Part shown: positions 38,606 to 50,907 of the stretch, one piece after another
Position numbering within the stretch: position 1 is the stretch's first letter
Layout of the letters: each line of letters starts with the position of its first letter
From: Acidimicrobiaceae bacterium
GTDB lineage: Bacteria > Actinomycetota > Acidimicrobiia > Acidimicrobiales > RAAP-2
Direction: 5' to 3'
Assembly (NCBI GenBank): GCA_003160115.1
Contig: PLQL01000034.1
Location: 146,382 to 210,381, forward strand
Length of the DNA: 64,000 bases
Notes under the pieces: generated by a model
What the model was told of the DNA's origin: nothing
The model's database searches: none
Seen by the model: the letters and a program-made list of their open reading frames with translations, nothing else
Program-made: the position numbers and the translations under genes

Positions 38606-39955
38606 CTACCGCACTTTGGCGACTTCGTGACGCCGCGCGGCCTCTAGGGCGTCGCCGAGCGTCGCGCAGCGCTCGATGCGAAGCCCCTCGACATCGTCCA
38701 TCTCACCGGTCCGGGGCACGATGACCGTGCGGGCCCCGAGGCGTTGGGCTTCGCGGACCCGGCGGTTCAAGCCCGCGACGGCCCGGAGTTCTCCCGCCAA
38801 GCCAACCTCCCCGATGCAGGCGACCGCCCGGGCGAGCGCGAATCCCTGCGCCGCCGAGGCAATGGCCAGAGCGAGGGCGACGTCCACGCCGGGCTCGAGC
38901 GCGGGCAGTCCCCCGGCACTGGCGGCAAAGACGTCACTCGCGTTGGTGTCGATGCCACAGCGCACCTCGAGTACCGCGAGTAACAGACTCAGACGCTGGG
39001 ATGACAATTGGTGCGCGACCCGCCGAGGTGCCCCCGAGCCCGAGGCGACCAACGCCTGGATCTCCACCAGCAGCGAGCGAGAACCGTCAGTCGCGATGCC
39101 CATCACGACACCCGGCACCTCGAGGTCAAGTCCACCGAGCGCGAGCGACGCCTCGGGCAGATCGCGCAGGCCCTCGTTGACCATCTCGAGCAGTCCTACC
39201 TCGCTCGTGGCACCGAAGCGATGCTTCAACGCGCGCAGCACCCGCAGCGAACCTTCGCGTTCACCTTCGATACGCAGCACCGTGTCGACCAGGTGTTCGA
39301 GCGTCCGTGGACCTGCGAGTTCACCGTCCTTGGTGACGTGACCCACCAGGACCAGCGAAGCTCCCGTCGACTTGGCCGCGGCGCACAATCGCTCGGCGCC
39401 GTGGCGAACTTGAGGCACCGAACCCGCCACACTCGCCAGCGACGGGTCGCTCATCGCGGCGATCGAGTCGACGACGCACAGCGCGGGCCGCAGTGACCTG
39501 ATCAAGTCCTCGGCGTCAGCGACGTTCGTCGTTGCGGCGACGAGCAGGTTCGAGGGCACGTCGCCCAGACGTGAGGCACGCGAGGCGACTTGGCCCGCGG
39601 ATTCCTCCGCGGCCACCAGCAGCACGGTCTCGCCTCCCAGCGCGCGTTGGCGCAGCGCCATCAAGGCGAGGGTGGACTTTCCTATGCCGGGTTCGCCGAA
39701 GAGCAGCGTCGTCGAACCCGTGGTGAAACCTCCACCGAGCACCCGATCGAGTTCCTCGACCCCCGAGGGCGACAGCGTCTCACCCGACGTCGCGACGCTA
39801 CAGAGCGGCGACGCAACTATGCGCGTTTCGCCAGCGGAAGCCGACGCGAACTCTTCGTCGAGCGTGTTCCATTCGCCACAGCCGGGACAGCGCCCGATCC
39901 AGCGCGGCGACGTGGTCCCGCACTCTCGACAGACGTGCACCGAACGTGTCTTCAC
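38606..39955 (-). CDS. radA: DNA repair protein RadA (Sms)
   Basis: C..CG....W.GRCP.C..WN, GEPGIGKST, GHVTK.G..AGP..LEH.VD, KHRFG. Confidence 0.97.
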   Translation of the reverse strand: MKTRSVHVCRECGTTSPRWIGRCPGCGEWNTLDEEFASASAGETRIVASPLCSVATSGETLSPSGVEELDRVLGGGFTTGSTTLLFGEPGIGKSTLALMALRQRALGGETVLLVAAEESAGQVASRASRLGDVPSNLLVAATTNVADAEDLIRSLRPALCVVDSIAAMSDPSLASVAGSVPQVRHGAERLCAAAKSTGASLVLVGHVTKDGELAGPRTLEHLVDTVLRIEGEREGSLRVLRALKHRFGATSEVGLLEMVNEGLRDLPEASLALGGLDLEVPGVVMGIATDGSRSLLVEIQALVASGSGAPRRVAHQLSSQRLSLLLAVLEVRCGIDTNASDVFAASAGGLPALEPGVDVALALAIASAAQGFALARAVACIGEVGLAGELRAVAGLNRRVREAQRLGARTVIVPRTGEMDDVEGLRIERCATLGDALEAARRHEVAKVR

Positions 39956-39961
39956 GACACG

Positions 39962-39983
39962 ACCCTAGAAGCGGGCTGTGACG
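39962..39983 (-). promoter_or_regulatory. RecA-NDp-like (PafBC-type) leaderless promoter of radA
   Basis: Minus strand CGTCAC-N10-TAGGGT-N6-GTG resembles the TGTCxx-N10-TANNNT architecture. Confidence 0.6.
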
Positions 39984-42485
<2,502 letters not shown>

Positions 42486-42588
42486 TGTTCATCCTTTACG
42501 CGTCAACAAATAGAAGTGTACCGGTGCGCGCACCCAAATCGTTCCAGGCCCTCGAACCAGCCAGAACGCGGCATCTAAGGTGGGTGGG

Positions 42589-43566
42589 GTGAACCCGCTT
42601 GAGCTACTGGCGCTGGAACTGGTCGAGTCGGACCTGCAACGCCTCGAGTTGCTCCTGGCCGAATCGGTCATCGTCGGCGACGACTACCTGGATTCGGTGA
42701 CCACGCACCTTATCTACGCGGGCGGTAAACGACTTCGCCCCATGCTCGCGATCGCCTCGGCGACCGGCGGGGCCCGCGAGGCCTCGCGCGACGACCTTTT
42801 GGGCGGTGTGGCGCTCGAACTGCTGCACCTCGCGTCTCTTTATCACGACGACGTCATGGACGAGGCGGAGATTCGTCGAAACGTCGACAGCGTGAACGCC
42901 CACTACGGCAACCTGATCGCGATCGTCGCGGGCGACTACTTGATGGCCCGTTCAGCGACAATCGCCGCCGACCTCGGCGTCGAGATGGCGAGCCTGCTCG
43001 CTCGCACCCTCGCATGGCTCACCCGCGGACAGGTCTCCGAAGTGCGCACCGCCTTCTCGGTGGATCGCACCGAGGCCGATTACTACGAAGCGATTGAAGG
43101 GAAGACGGCGTCGCTGCTCTCTTCGAGTTGTCGGGTCGGGGCCATCACTGCCCAGCACGGACCCGAGGAGACCGAGGCGCTCACCGAATTCGGGCGATGC
43201 TTCGGGATGATCTACCAGCTGCGCGACGACATCTTGGACGTCACCGCTACCGAGAACCAGCTGGGCAAGCCCGCGGGCCAGGACCTGGCCGAGGGCGTCT
43301 ACAACCTGCCCACGCTGTTCGCGCTTCGTGACCCGGTCGTCGGCGATGAACTTCGCGCCTTGCTCGGTGAGCCACTCAACGACGCCGACCGCGAGCGGGC
43401 CCGCAAGCTCGTCGTCGCCACCGACGGCATCGCCCAGACGATCCTCGCCGCCCAGTCGTTCCTTCAAACGGCGCACGTCGCCCTGTCCAGTGTCAAGAGT
43501 CCTGACCTACGCCAGGGTTTCGGTTCGTTGATCCAGTCCCTGCTTGAGGACCTGCCGACGTACTAG
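42589..43566 (+). CDS. Polyprenyl diphosphate synthase
   Basis: GGKRLRP, ASLYHDDVMD...RR, GD.L, GKTA, QL.DD.LD, GK..G.DL.EG. Confidence 0.95.
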   Translation: MNPLELLALELVESDLQRLELLLAESVIVGDDYLDSVTTHLIYAGGKRLRPMLAIASATGGAREASRDDLLGGVALELLHLASLYHDDVMDEAEIRRNVDSVNAHYGNLIAIVAGDYLMARSATIAADLGVEMASLLARTLAWLTRGQVSEVRTAFSVDRTEADYYEAIEGKTASLLSSSCRVGAITAQHGPEETEALTEFGRCFGMIYQLRDDILDVTATENQLGKPAGQDLAEGVYNLPTLFALRDPVVGDELRALLGEPLNDADRERARKLVVATDGIAQTILAAQSFLQTAHVALSSVKSPDLRQGFGSLIQSLLEDLPTY

Positions 43567-43618
43567 CAAAACCTTCAGCGCCGTCGAACGTTAACGGCGC
43601 CCGCGCGAGACGCCTTGG

Positions 43619-45949
43619 TTACTCCTTCAGAACGGTCACTCGAGAATTCGTCGCCGAGGTGCCCGCTACTTGATACTTCAGAACGAAAGTCACGTGAGAG
43701 AAGCCGTGTGCGCGAAGATAGTTCTCGACGGCGAGAGCGCGCGCTTGGGCGAGGCGTACCTCCTGGGCGTCATTGGGACGCGGTGCCGCGCCAACCAGTT
43801 CAATTGACGACACGTGAGGGGACCTCAACCTGCTCACAAGAACAGTGAGTTCGTCGATGAGACCAGGCGTGAACGTCGCCGATCCCGTCGAGAAGAATCC
43901 GATGGTGCCCACCACGATGGTGAAGCCCACGCTCGACGGGACCGACTTCGTCCACTGCGCGTAGAGCGTCAGTGAACCGTTTACGACATAGGACGCACCG
44001 CCAAGTCCAGCGAGTGCGCCCGCACTCGGCTGCGTGTACCAGCCGTCAAAGACGTAACCCGCATATGAAGGCGCGGCGGGTAGCGCCACACTCGAGCCAC
44101 CAAGTCCCGTTTCGCTCGCCACCGGCGAGCCGCCGTCGCTTGCGAACGTGAGGGTGTCGGTCGGCACCGTCGTGGTAGTCGTGGTACCAACATGCACGCG
44201 CGTATTCCAAAGCGCGTACAGCGTGACGTCACCCGCGGGCATGGTAAAGGACGTCGTCCCCGTCTGGGCATAAACGTCACCGCTGCAAGTGGTTCCCGGT
44301 GTCGTTGCCACGTCGCACCAACCGGCAAAGTTGTAACCGGCGAGTGTCGGGGACGGACTGAAGAGCACGTTGACCGTCATGCCGGTGAGGTAAACGTTGG
44401 CATCGACCGGAATGCCGTCACCCGTTTCGAGATCGTACGTGACCGTGCCTTGATACTCGTAGGCACCGGCGTCACAGAACGACGATCCAACTCCCGGACG
44501 CGGGTCTCCGCGCTCGTCAGTACTCAAACATTCCGCGATCGGTACTTCTTCGAAGGCGCCACTGTTCGAACCAATGGCGAGTGTCTCGGGCCCACTTGAA
44601 CCGTTGGCGCCCAAGGAACTTGCCAGGTCGATGGTGGCGTTTTGGTCGGCGAAGCCGCACGAGGTGTCCGATTCGACGTCGTACAGATTGATACGGGCCC
44701 CGCCGTAACAAGAGTCCGCCTGATCGAGGATGGAATTGGTAATAATGGTCCCACCGGCGTTGTCGATTCCCGCGCCATAGGCGCTGCCCGCGGCACCTCC
44801 CGACTGGCCCCCCGTGCCAGCGCTGATGACGTTGTCCGCAATCGTGTTGTCGACGAGTGTGAGACTGGAGCTCAGGTTGTAAATGGCACCGCCGTAGGCG
44901 TTGCCACCCGCGCCACCAGAGGTACCAACACCACCATTGGTTGCGAGCGCCGAGTTACTCCAGAAGGTGGTGTTCGAAAGGCTGGCAGCGGCCCCAACGC
45001 TGTAAAGTGCTCCGCCGTAGCCATTGCCACCATTGCCTCCCTGAGCGCCCACGGCAGTTCCACCACCCGACGCAGTATCAGACGAGAACGTGACACTCGT
45101 GAGTGTGGACGAAACGGCCCCGGTGTAGAGGGCCCCACCATCGCCGTCGCCACCATTTCCAGCAGTGCTGGCATGGGTCCCATTGCCACCGAACGAAGAA
45201 TCAGAGGAGAACGTGGCGTTCGTCATGGTGAGGGTGCCTGCTTGCATGAACAGGGCTCCGCCGTACGCGTTACCGCCATTGCCGCCGCCGGTGCCTCCAT
45301 TGCCGCCGGTTGCTGCGTCATGAGTGAACGAATCGTTCGTCACGGCGAGGTCGCCGTTCGCGTCGTAGATTGCGCCGCCGTAGGCGTCGCCGCCAGAATC
45401 GAAGAGGTTCCCCGTTCCGCCGGTCGCCGCGTCATTGTTGAACACGTCATTGGTCAAAGTAAGGTCGCCATCCGCGTTGTCGATAGCCCCGCCGTGTGCA
45501 GTATTACCCCCACTGGCGCCCTGGGCGACGCCATTCTCAATGGTCAGCCCATCGAGGGTTACCGCTCCTGAACCAGTGATCCCAAAATCGTTTCCGGCGC
45601 TGTTCGCGTCGACGACCGTAGTCGCGGCACCAGCGCCCTGAAGCGTAAGGCTGTCGTTCGAAGGCAGATCGATCGTGTCGTTTTCGGTGTAGGTACCAGG
45701 CGCAATATGTACCGTCACCGCTGTATTGGTCTGTACGTCAGCGATTGCGACGGCATCTCCAATGGAGGAACAGGCGTTCACGCCATCGTCCAGACACGTA
45801 ATACCAGGGGCGTTGGCTACGACGAAGAGGGTCAGGGTAGAGGTTGCCGATGCGTCGTCACTACTGAAGACGAGAAAGGACGCCACGAGGCCGCAACTCA
45901 ACGCCACGCCGACAACCGTTCGCGTGATCGAAGTGAGATTTCTCGTCAT
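43619..45949 (-). CDS. Large secreted surface protein: Pmp-like beta-helix, choice-of-anchor Q, two InlB B-repeats, OmpA-like C-terminus
   Basis: Signal peptide; six GGA(I/L)..T....F..(D/N) repeats; DERG..RP...CDAGAYE; F.GW..LYA.W; LAQARALAVENYL. Confidence 0.85.
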   Translation of the reverse strand: MTRNLTSITRTVVGVALSCGLVASFLVFSSDDASATSTLTLFVVANAPGITCLDDGVNACSSIGDAVAIADVQTNTAVTVHIAPGTYTENDTIDLPSNDSLTLQGAGAATTVVDANSAGNDFGITGSGAVTLDGLTIENGVAQGASGGNTAHGGAIDNADGDLTLTNDVFNNDAATGGTGNLFDSGGDAYGGAIYDANGDLAVTNDSFTHDAATGGNGGTGGGNGGNAYGGALFMQAGTLTMTNATFSSDSSFGGNGTHASTAGNGGDGDGGALYTGAVSSTLTSVTFSSDTASGGGTAVGAQGGNGGNGYGGALYSVGAAASLSNTTFWSNSALATNGGVGTSGGAGGNAYGGAIYNLSSSLTLVDNTIADNVISAGTGGQSGGAAGSAYGAGIDNAGGTIITNSILDQADSCYGGARINLYDVESDTSCGFADQNATIDLASSLGANGSSGPETLAIGSNSGAFEEVPIAECLSTDERGDPRPGVGSSFCDAGAYEYQGTVTYDLETGDGIPVDANVYLTGMTVNVLFSPSPTLAGYNFAGWCDVATTPGTTCSGDVYAQTGTTSFTMPAGDVTLYALWNTRVHVGTTTTTTVPTDTLTFASDGGSPVASETGLGGSSVALPAAPSYAGYVFDGWYTQPSAGALAGLGGASYVVNGSLTLYAQWTKSVPSSVGFTIVVGTIGFFSTGSATFTPGLIDELTVLVSRLRSPHVSSIELVGAAPRPNDAQEVRLAQARALAVENYLRAHGFSHVTFVLKYQVAGTSATNSRVTVLKE

Positions 45950-46226
45950 TCTGAACCTCCAACGTTCAAGCGTCGGACCATGCTGAAACTTTCAGGGTTC
46001 GTACGTTGGAAGAAATATAGTGCTCAAGTCTCGTGCCATAAATTGTTTACTGGTCAGGGCGCAAGTCCTGCTGGGAAGATTCGCACTGCAGTCGACACGG
46101 GCTGATGCGAAAGTTCGACGTGGTGTATGGGAATCTCCCCGGTCTCGACGCCGGAGCACTCGACCTTGCTTCTCCTTGATCCAAGATCGTCAATTGCGCG
46201 GTATCAGGGCGCTCACCGCCCGCCCG

Positions 46227-47630
46227 TCACTCGTGCAGCGGTTTGAGTGTCGGGAACGCGATCACTTCACGGATGTTCGCCACGTCAGCGATAAGCATCG
46301 CGAGCCGGTCCATGCCCACGCCGAGCCCGGCCGTTGGCGGCAGCCCCCACTCGAGTGCCTTGATGTAGTCCTCATCAATGGCCATCGTCTCTTCTTCTCC
46401 CGCAGCGGCGAGGCTAGCTTGCTCCTCGAAACGCGCGCGCTGGTCAATCGGATCGATCAACTCGCTAAAGCCATTGGACAGTTCTCGCGTGGCGGCGTAG
46501 GACTCGAAGCGCTCCGTGAGTTCCGGGTCGCTCTGATGGCGCCGCGAAAGCGGCGACACCTCGACTGGATAGTCCGTGACGAAGATCGGATTCCACAGGG
46601 ACTCCTCACAGGTCGCTTCGAACAGCTCGGCGAGGCACCGACCCGGACCCCAGGTCTCGTGCACGTCGACCCCGTGGTCCTTGGCGATGGTGGCGAGTCG
46701 CTCCCGACTGGTGTGCACCGAGACCTCCTCGCCCAACGCTTCACTGGCGAGTTCGGCCATGGGCCTTCGCGGCCAAGGAGCGGCGAAGGAGATCGCCCGT
46801 CCCTGGTAGGTGGTCTCGGTAGTGCCGAGCACGTCGCGCGCCACGCCCGCGACGAGTTCTTCGGTGAAGGCCATCATGTCGTTGACGTCCCAGTACGCCG
46901 CGTAGATCTCGAGCATCGTGAATTCCGGGTTATGGCGAGGACTCACCCCTTCGTTGCGAAAGACGCGACCCAGTTCGAACACTCGCTCGAAACCCCCGAC
47001 GACGAGTCGCTTCAGCCAGAGCTCGGGCGCGATGCGCAAGAAGAACTCGCTGTCGAGGGCGTTGTGGTGCGTGGAAAAGGGCCGGGCCGCCGCCCCGGTC
47101 GCGATGGGATTCAAAATCGGCGTCTCGACCTCCATGAATCCCGCCGCCCAACAACGCTCGCGCACCGAACGAAGGACCGCGGAACGTCGACTGAGGGCCT
47201 CGCGCGATTCGGGGTTCGCCCACAAGTCCGCCTCACGGTGTCGGTAGCGCAGGTCGTAGTCGCTGATCCCTGCCCATTTGTCACCGAAATTGTGTTGCGC
47301 CTCGGCGAGGCGAACCCACGAAGCGACCTTCACCGACAACTCGCCGCGCTTGGTACGAACGACCTCGCCACTCACCCCGACCCAATCGCCCAGGTGCAAC
47401 TTCGCGAATTCGTCGAAGTCCTTCGTGACCGCCGCGAGCGCGAAGAGTTGGATCTCGCCCGTCGAGTCGCGCATCGTCGCAAAAGCGAGCTTCCCCTGGG
47501 AGCGAAGCAACATGACCCGCCCGGCCACGTTGACGCTGACGCCCGATTCCTCACCGTCGCCCAGGTGCGCGTAGGACTCGTGCAGGGCGGCCGCGTAGGC
47601 GTTGTGGGCAAAGGTATACGGCGTGGTCAC
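46227..47630 (-). CDS. lysS: Lysine--tRNA ligase (class II)
   Basis: VAGR...R..GK..F, EVETP, GAAARPF.THHNALD, LRIAPEL.LKRL, FRNEG...HNPEFT, G.G.DRL. Confidence 0.98.
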   Translation of the reverse strand: MTTPYTFAHNAYAAALHESYAHLGDGEESGVSVNVAGRVMLLRSQGKLAFATMRDSTGEIQLFALAAVTKDFDEFAKLHLGDWVGVSGEVVRTKRGELSVKVASWVRLAEAQHNFGDKWAGISDYDLRYRHREADLWANPESREALSRRSAVLRSVRERCWAAGFMEVETPILNPIATGAAARPFSTHHNALDSEFFLRIAPELWLKRLVVGGFERVFELGRVFRNEGVSPRHNPEFTMLEIYAAYWDVNDMMAFTEELVAGVARDVLGTTETTYQGRAISFAAPWPRRPMAELASEALGEEVSVHTSRERLATIAKDHGVDVHETWGPGRCLAELFEATCEESLWNPIFVTDYPVEVSPLSRRHQSDPELTERFESYAATRELSNGFSELIDPIDQRARFEEQASLAAAGEEETMAIDEDYIKALEWGLPPTAGLGVGMDRLAMLIADVANIREVIAFPTLKPLHE

Positions 47631-48460
47631 GAAGCGTCTCCCAAATGATTACGTTCATGAACGATACGCAATCCGTGGAGGGTCAGCCATGGTTCTACGT
47701 GCTGAATGTGCTTGGTGTGCGGCGAGATCAGACCCGCGAGGCCGCCCGTGGCAATCACCGTCGCCGGCCCGAGTTCCTCGAGGATCCGCTCGACGACGCC
47801 GTCGACCTGAGCGGCAAATCCGTAGAGGACCCCCGACTGGATCGATTCGACCGTGGAACGACCGATGACGGAGCGCGGACGCACCAATTCGACCGAACGC
47901 AACGCCGACGCGTGCGAGTAGAGCGCCTCGAGCGAGATGGCCACCCCCGGCGCGATAGCCCCGCCCAGGTACTCGCCGCGCTCGCTGACGACGTCAAAGA
48001 CCGTCGCCGTGCCCATGTCCACCACTATTGAGGCCCCCGGATACAGGTCGAAGGCGCCCACCGCGTCGGCAATGCGGTCGGCGCCGACTTCACGAGGGTT
48101 GTCGTAGAGGATCGGCATACCCGATTTGGTGCCCGGTCCGATCACGGTCAGCGCGAGGCTAGAGAACCAACGGTTCGCCATACGGCGCAACTGCGTGGTC
48201 GCCGCGGGCGCGGACGAGGCGATCGCCATCGCGGTGACCGCGGTTCGCAGGTCCAGTCCCTCGAGGTCGAGCAATTGGGTGAGCACCATCGCGTGCTCGT
48301 CGGGCGTGCGGTCCGCGTCAGTCGAGATACGCCAGTGGTGTGTGAGGCCGTGCTCGCCGCTCGCGCGCGCGAAACCCATGGCGTCGGCCGCCTCGGGCGG
48401 CTCGGGTCCGAAGAGTCCGATCACGGTCTCGGTGTTGCCCACGTCGATGGCAAGCAGCAT
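47627..48460 (-). CDS. coaX: Type III pantothenate kinase
   Basis: IDVGNT, EVGADR, VDMGTAT, GG.IAPG, T.E.IQSG, ATGG. Confidence 0.97.
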   Translation of the reverse strand: MLLAIDVGNTETVIGLFGPEPPEAADAMGFARASGEHGLTHHWRISTDADRTPDEHAMVLTQLLDLEGLDLRTAVTAMAIASSAPAATTQLRRMANRWFSSLALTVIGPGTKSGMPILYDNPREVGADRIADAVGAFDLYPGASIVVDMGTATVFDVVSERGEYLGGAIAPGVAISLEALYSHASALRSVELVRPRSVIGRSTVESIQSGVLYGFAAQVDGVVERILEELGPATVIATGGLAGLISPHTKHIQHVEPWLTLHGLRIVHERNHLGDAS

Positions 48461-49317
48461 CAGTCTCTCCGGGGTTCGACCACGACCGGTCCGTTATCGA
48501 TGAGTCGCACGCCGCCGACGACACCCGCCACGAGTGCGCGGCGCGCGCCGCCCTCGTCGTCGCGCGTGGGCATGAAGGTGACCGGATCCACGACGTCGGC
48601 GTAGGCGACGCGCACGCCCGCGTCCTCCATCACCGCGCGCATCGCGCGACGCATCGCGCTGGCGTAGCGGCGCGTCTCGCCCACTTGGTGAAGCGCGCGC
48701 GACAGCGACAGCGCCTGGTGGCGGGCGGTCTCGGTGAGCAACAGGTTGCGACTCGACAGGGCCAGACCGTCGTAATCACGAACGATGGGACAGCCCACCA
48801 CCTCAACCGGGAGCGCGAGGTCGGCAACCATTTGACGCACGACGGCGATTTGTTGGAAATCCTTGTCGCCGAAGTAGGCCCGGCAAGGTCCAGTTACCGC
48901 AAAGAGCTTGGCCACGACACTCGCCACGCCGTCGAAGTGCCCGGGGCGACCCGCACCCTCGAGTACCTCGCTGATCCCGCGCACGCTCACGGTCGTCGCC
49001 GTGGGACGTGGGTACTCGGGCCACATCTCCTCGAGCGCAGGCTCGACCAGACAGTCGACCCCGTGCTCTTGCGCTAGGCGTAAGTCGACCTCGGGGGTAT
49101 GGGGATAGGCCCGCAGGTCGGCGATATCACCGAACTGACGTGGGTTCACGAAAATCGTCGCGAGCACGACGTCGCCGCGCGCCTTGGCCTCGTCGAACAG
49201 CGAGGCGTGACCGGCGTGCAGCGCGCCCATCGTGGGAACGAGACCCACCGAGTGACCGGCGTCGCGCTGTCGCTGGGCGTAGTCGCGCCAGGCCGCGATG
49301 GTGTGGAGGCGCTGCAC
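48460..49317 (-). CDS. panC: Pantoate--beta-alanine ligase
   Basis: VPTMGALH.GH, FVNP.QF, RPGHF.GV, FG.KDFQQ, GLALSSRN, RLIDN. Confidence 0.97.
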   Translation of the reverse strand: MQRLHTIAAWRDYAQRQRDAGHSVGLVPTMGALHAGHASLFDEAKARGDVVLATIFVNPRQFGDIADLRAYPHTPEVDLRLAQEHGVDCLVEPALEEMWPEYPRPTATTVSVRGISEVLEGAGRPGHFDGVASVVAKLFAVTGPCRAYFGDKDFQQIAVVRQMVADLALPVEVVGCPIVRDYDGLALSSRNLLLTETARHQALSLSRALHQVGETRRYASAMRRAMRAVMEDAGVRVAYADVVDPVTFMPTRDDEGGARRALVAGVVGGVRLIDNGPVVVEPRRD

Positions 49318-49318
49318 G

Positions 49319-50032
49319 TCAGGCGATTCTTGACGAGCGGCGCTCGGCGAGCTCGAAGGCCGCGTGAGCGAGCGCGACGTAGGTCGAACGCTCCGCCTCG
49401 GGAATAGCGTCCAAGTGTGCGTCGATTGTCGCGACATCACCTCGCGACGCGGGGCCCGTCAACGCCTGCTCGGGTCCCACCAGGGCGACGTCTTCTAAGG
49501 CTTGTCGGCTGAGGTCGAGGAAGTCCTCGAGACGCAGGCCAGAGGATTCGGCGAGTCGCTGCACGTGGCCCATCAGTGCCACGAGATGATTCGACGCCGC
49601 GGTGGCAGTCGCGTGATACAGCGTCCGCTGATCGTCACGAAGCGTGATCACCCGTCCGTGCAGCGAGCGCGCGATGCGCTCGGCGACCTCATCGCCACTG
49701 ACGCAGTACGTGGCACCGATCAGTCGTCGCGCGCCGAGTTCGCCCGAGGGCAGGGTCATGAGCGGGTGCAACGAGCCAACGCGACGGTGACCCGCGAGCA
49801 CGTCGAGGGTTCGCGAACCTGCGACGTGGCAAAGCACGAAGTCATCGCCAGGCGCGATTTCCCGCGCGACGTTGGCGATCTCGTCGTCGGGCACGCAGAG
49901 CACGATCACGTCCGGCGAATCCACCAGAGCCAGATCCTGGTGCGAGAGGAGCTGGACCTGGTGACCAACACTCGCGAGGGCTCGCGCGAACGAGGTACCG
50001 GCGCGGCCCGTGCCGACGATGGTGATTCTCAT
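49319..50032 (-). CDS. Rossmann-like + DUF2520 protein (PanG-type ketopantoate reductase)
   Basis: IVG.GRAG, VPDD.I, LHPL, YHA.A..ASNH, ALTGP..RGD..T...H; next to panC. Confidence 0.85.
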   Translation of the reverse strand: MRITIVGTGRAGTSFARALASVGHQVQLLSHQDLALVDSPDVIVLCVPDDEIANVAREIAPGDDFVLCHVAGSRTLDVLAGHRRVGSLHPLMTLPSGELGARRLIGATYCVSGDEVAERIARSLHGRVITLRDDQRTLYHATATAASNHLVALMGHVQRLAESSGLRLEDFLDLSRQALEDVALVGPEQALTGPASRGDVATIDAHLDAIPEAERSTYVALAHAAFELAERRSSRIA

Positions 50033-50074
50033 AAAGGCTCCGATCCGTTCCAGCCCCGAGGGTGCCGTTCGGCA

Positions 50075-50548
50075 TTAGCGCAACGATTCGAGTGTACCCA
50101 GCGCCACGACTCGTCCCACCGACGCGGCGAGTTGTTCGGCGCTGACCAGTGTTGGTGCGAGCTCGGCCAAGGGATAGAGCACGAACGCGCGCTCGTACAT
50201 CCTCGGGTGAGGAATGAGTATCTCGGGGTCCTCACTCGTCTCCTCGCCCACCAAGAGCACGTCCGCGTCTAGGGTGCGAGGCCCCCAGTGCACCTCGCGG
50301 CTCCGTCCTCGGGCTGCTTCCGCCTGATGAGCGCGCTCCAGGAGTTCACGGGGTGTGGCGTCCGTCTCCAGCTCGAGCACCAGGTTCAAAAAGTCCTCCT
50401 GCGCCACATCGCCCACCGGCTCGGTCTCATAGACCCTGGACAAACGATACGGTTCACTCGAGGCGAGCATGATGACCCCGGCACGGAGGTGCTCGGCCCG
50501 TACACCCAGATTCGAGCCAAGCGAAATGTACGCCAGTCGCACCGTCAC
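50075..50548 (-). CDS. folK: 6-hydroxymethyl-7,8-dihydropterin pyrophosphokinase
   Basis: AYISLGSNLG, YETEP, FLN, R.R..HWGPRTLD.D, IPHP....RAFVL.PL. Confidence 0.97.
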   Translation of the reverse strand: MTVRLAYISLGSNLGVRAEHLRAGVIMLASSEPYRLSRVYETEPVGDVAQEDFLNLVLELETDATPRELLERAHQAEAARGRSREVHWGPRTLDADVLLVGEETSEDPEILIPHPRMYERAFVLYPLAELAPTLVSAEQLAASVGRVVALGTLESLR

Positions 50549-50907
50549 CTCCTAAGCGTCGTGCGCACGCCCACCGTGGCGACGTCCTCGGGTACTGGCG
50601 GCTGGAGCTTGCGCACGCTGACGCTGACCGATTTTATAGCGGGATCGAAGTCGAGAATCTTCTTAGCGACGCGCGTCGCCAGGGTCTCGAGGAGCAGGAA
50701 CTTCCCCTCGATTGCGACCTTGGTCGTCAACGTCAAGACGTCGGCGTAATTGGTGGTCTTGGTGAGATCGTCGTTCTTGGCCGCCTGGGCGAATGATCGT
50801 TGCAGGTCGATATCGAAGGCCAGTGGCTGGGCGCGTCGTCGCTCTCGATCGAGCACGCCGACGATCGCGTCCACGCGTAGTTCGCGTAACTCAATGACGT
50901 CCTTCAC
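50545..50907 (-). CDS. folB: Dihydroneopterin aldolase
   Basis: D.I.L..L....GV...ER...Q....D, D.L..T.NY, LLE.LA, V.K..PP. Confidence 0.95.
   Translation of the reverse strand: MKDVIELRELRVDAIVGVLDRERRRAQPLAFDIDLQRSFAQAAKNDDLTKTTNYADVLTLTTKVAIEGKFLLLETLATRVAKKILDFDPAIKSVSVSVRKLQPPVPEDVATVGVRTTLRR

Noticed and set aside
46020-46038. Sigma-54 promoter TGGCAC-N5-TTGA
   Set aside because: The -12 GC is missing, and sigma-54 is generally absent from Actinobacteria
46020-47648. 542-aa plus-strand ORF, and similar long antisense ORFs over clpC, thrC, groEL and tmk
   Set aside because: Shadow frames of high-GC genes with no recognisable motifs
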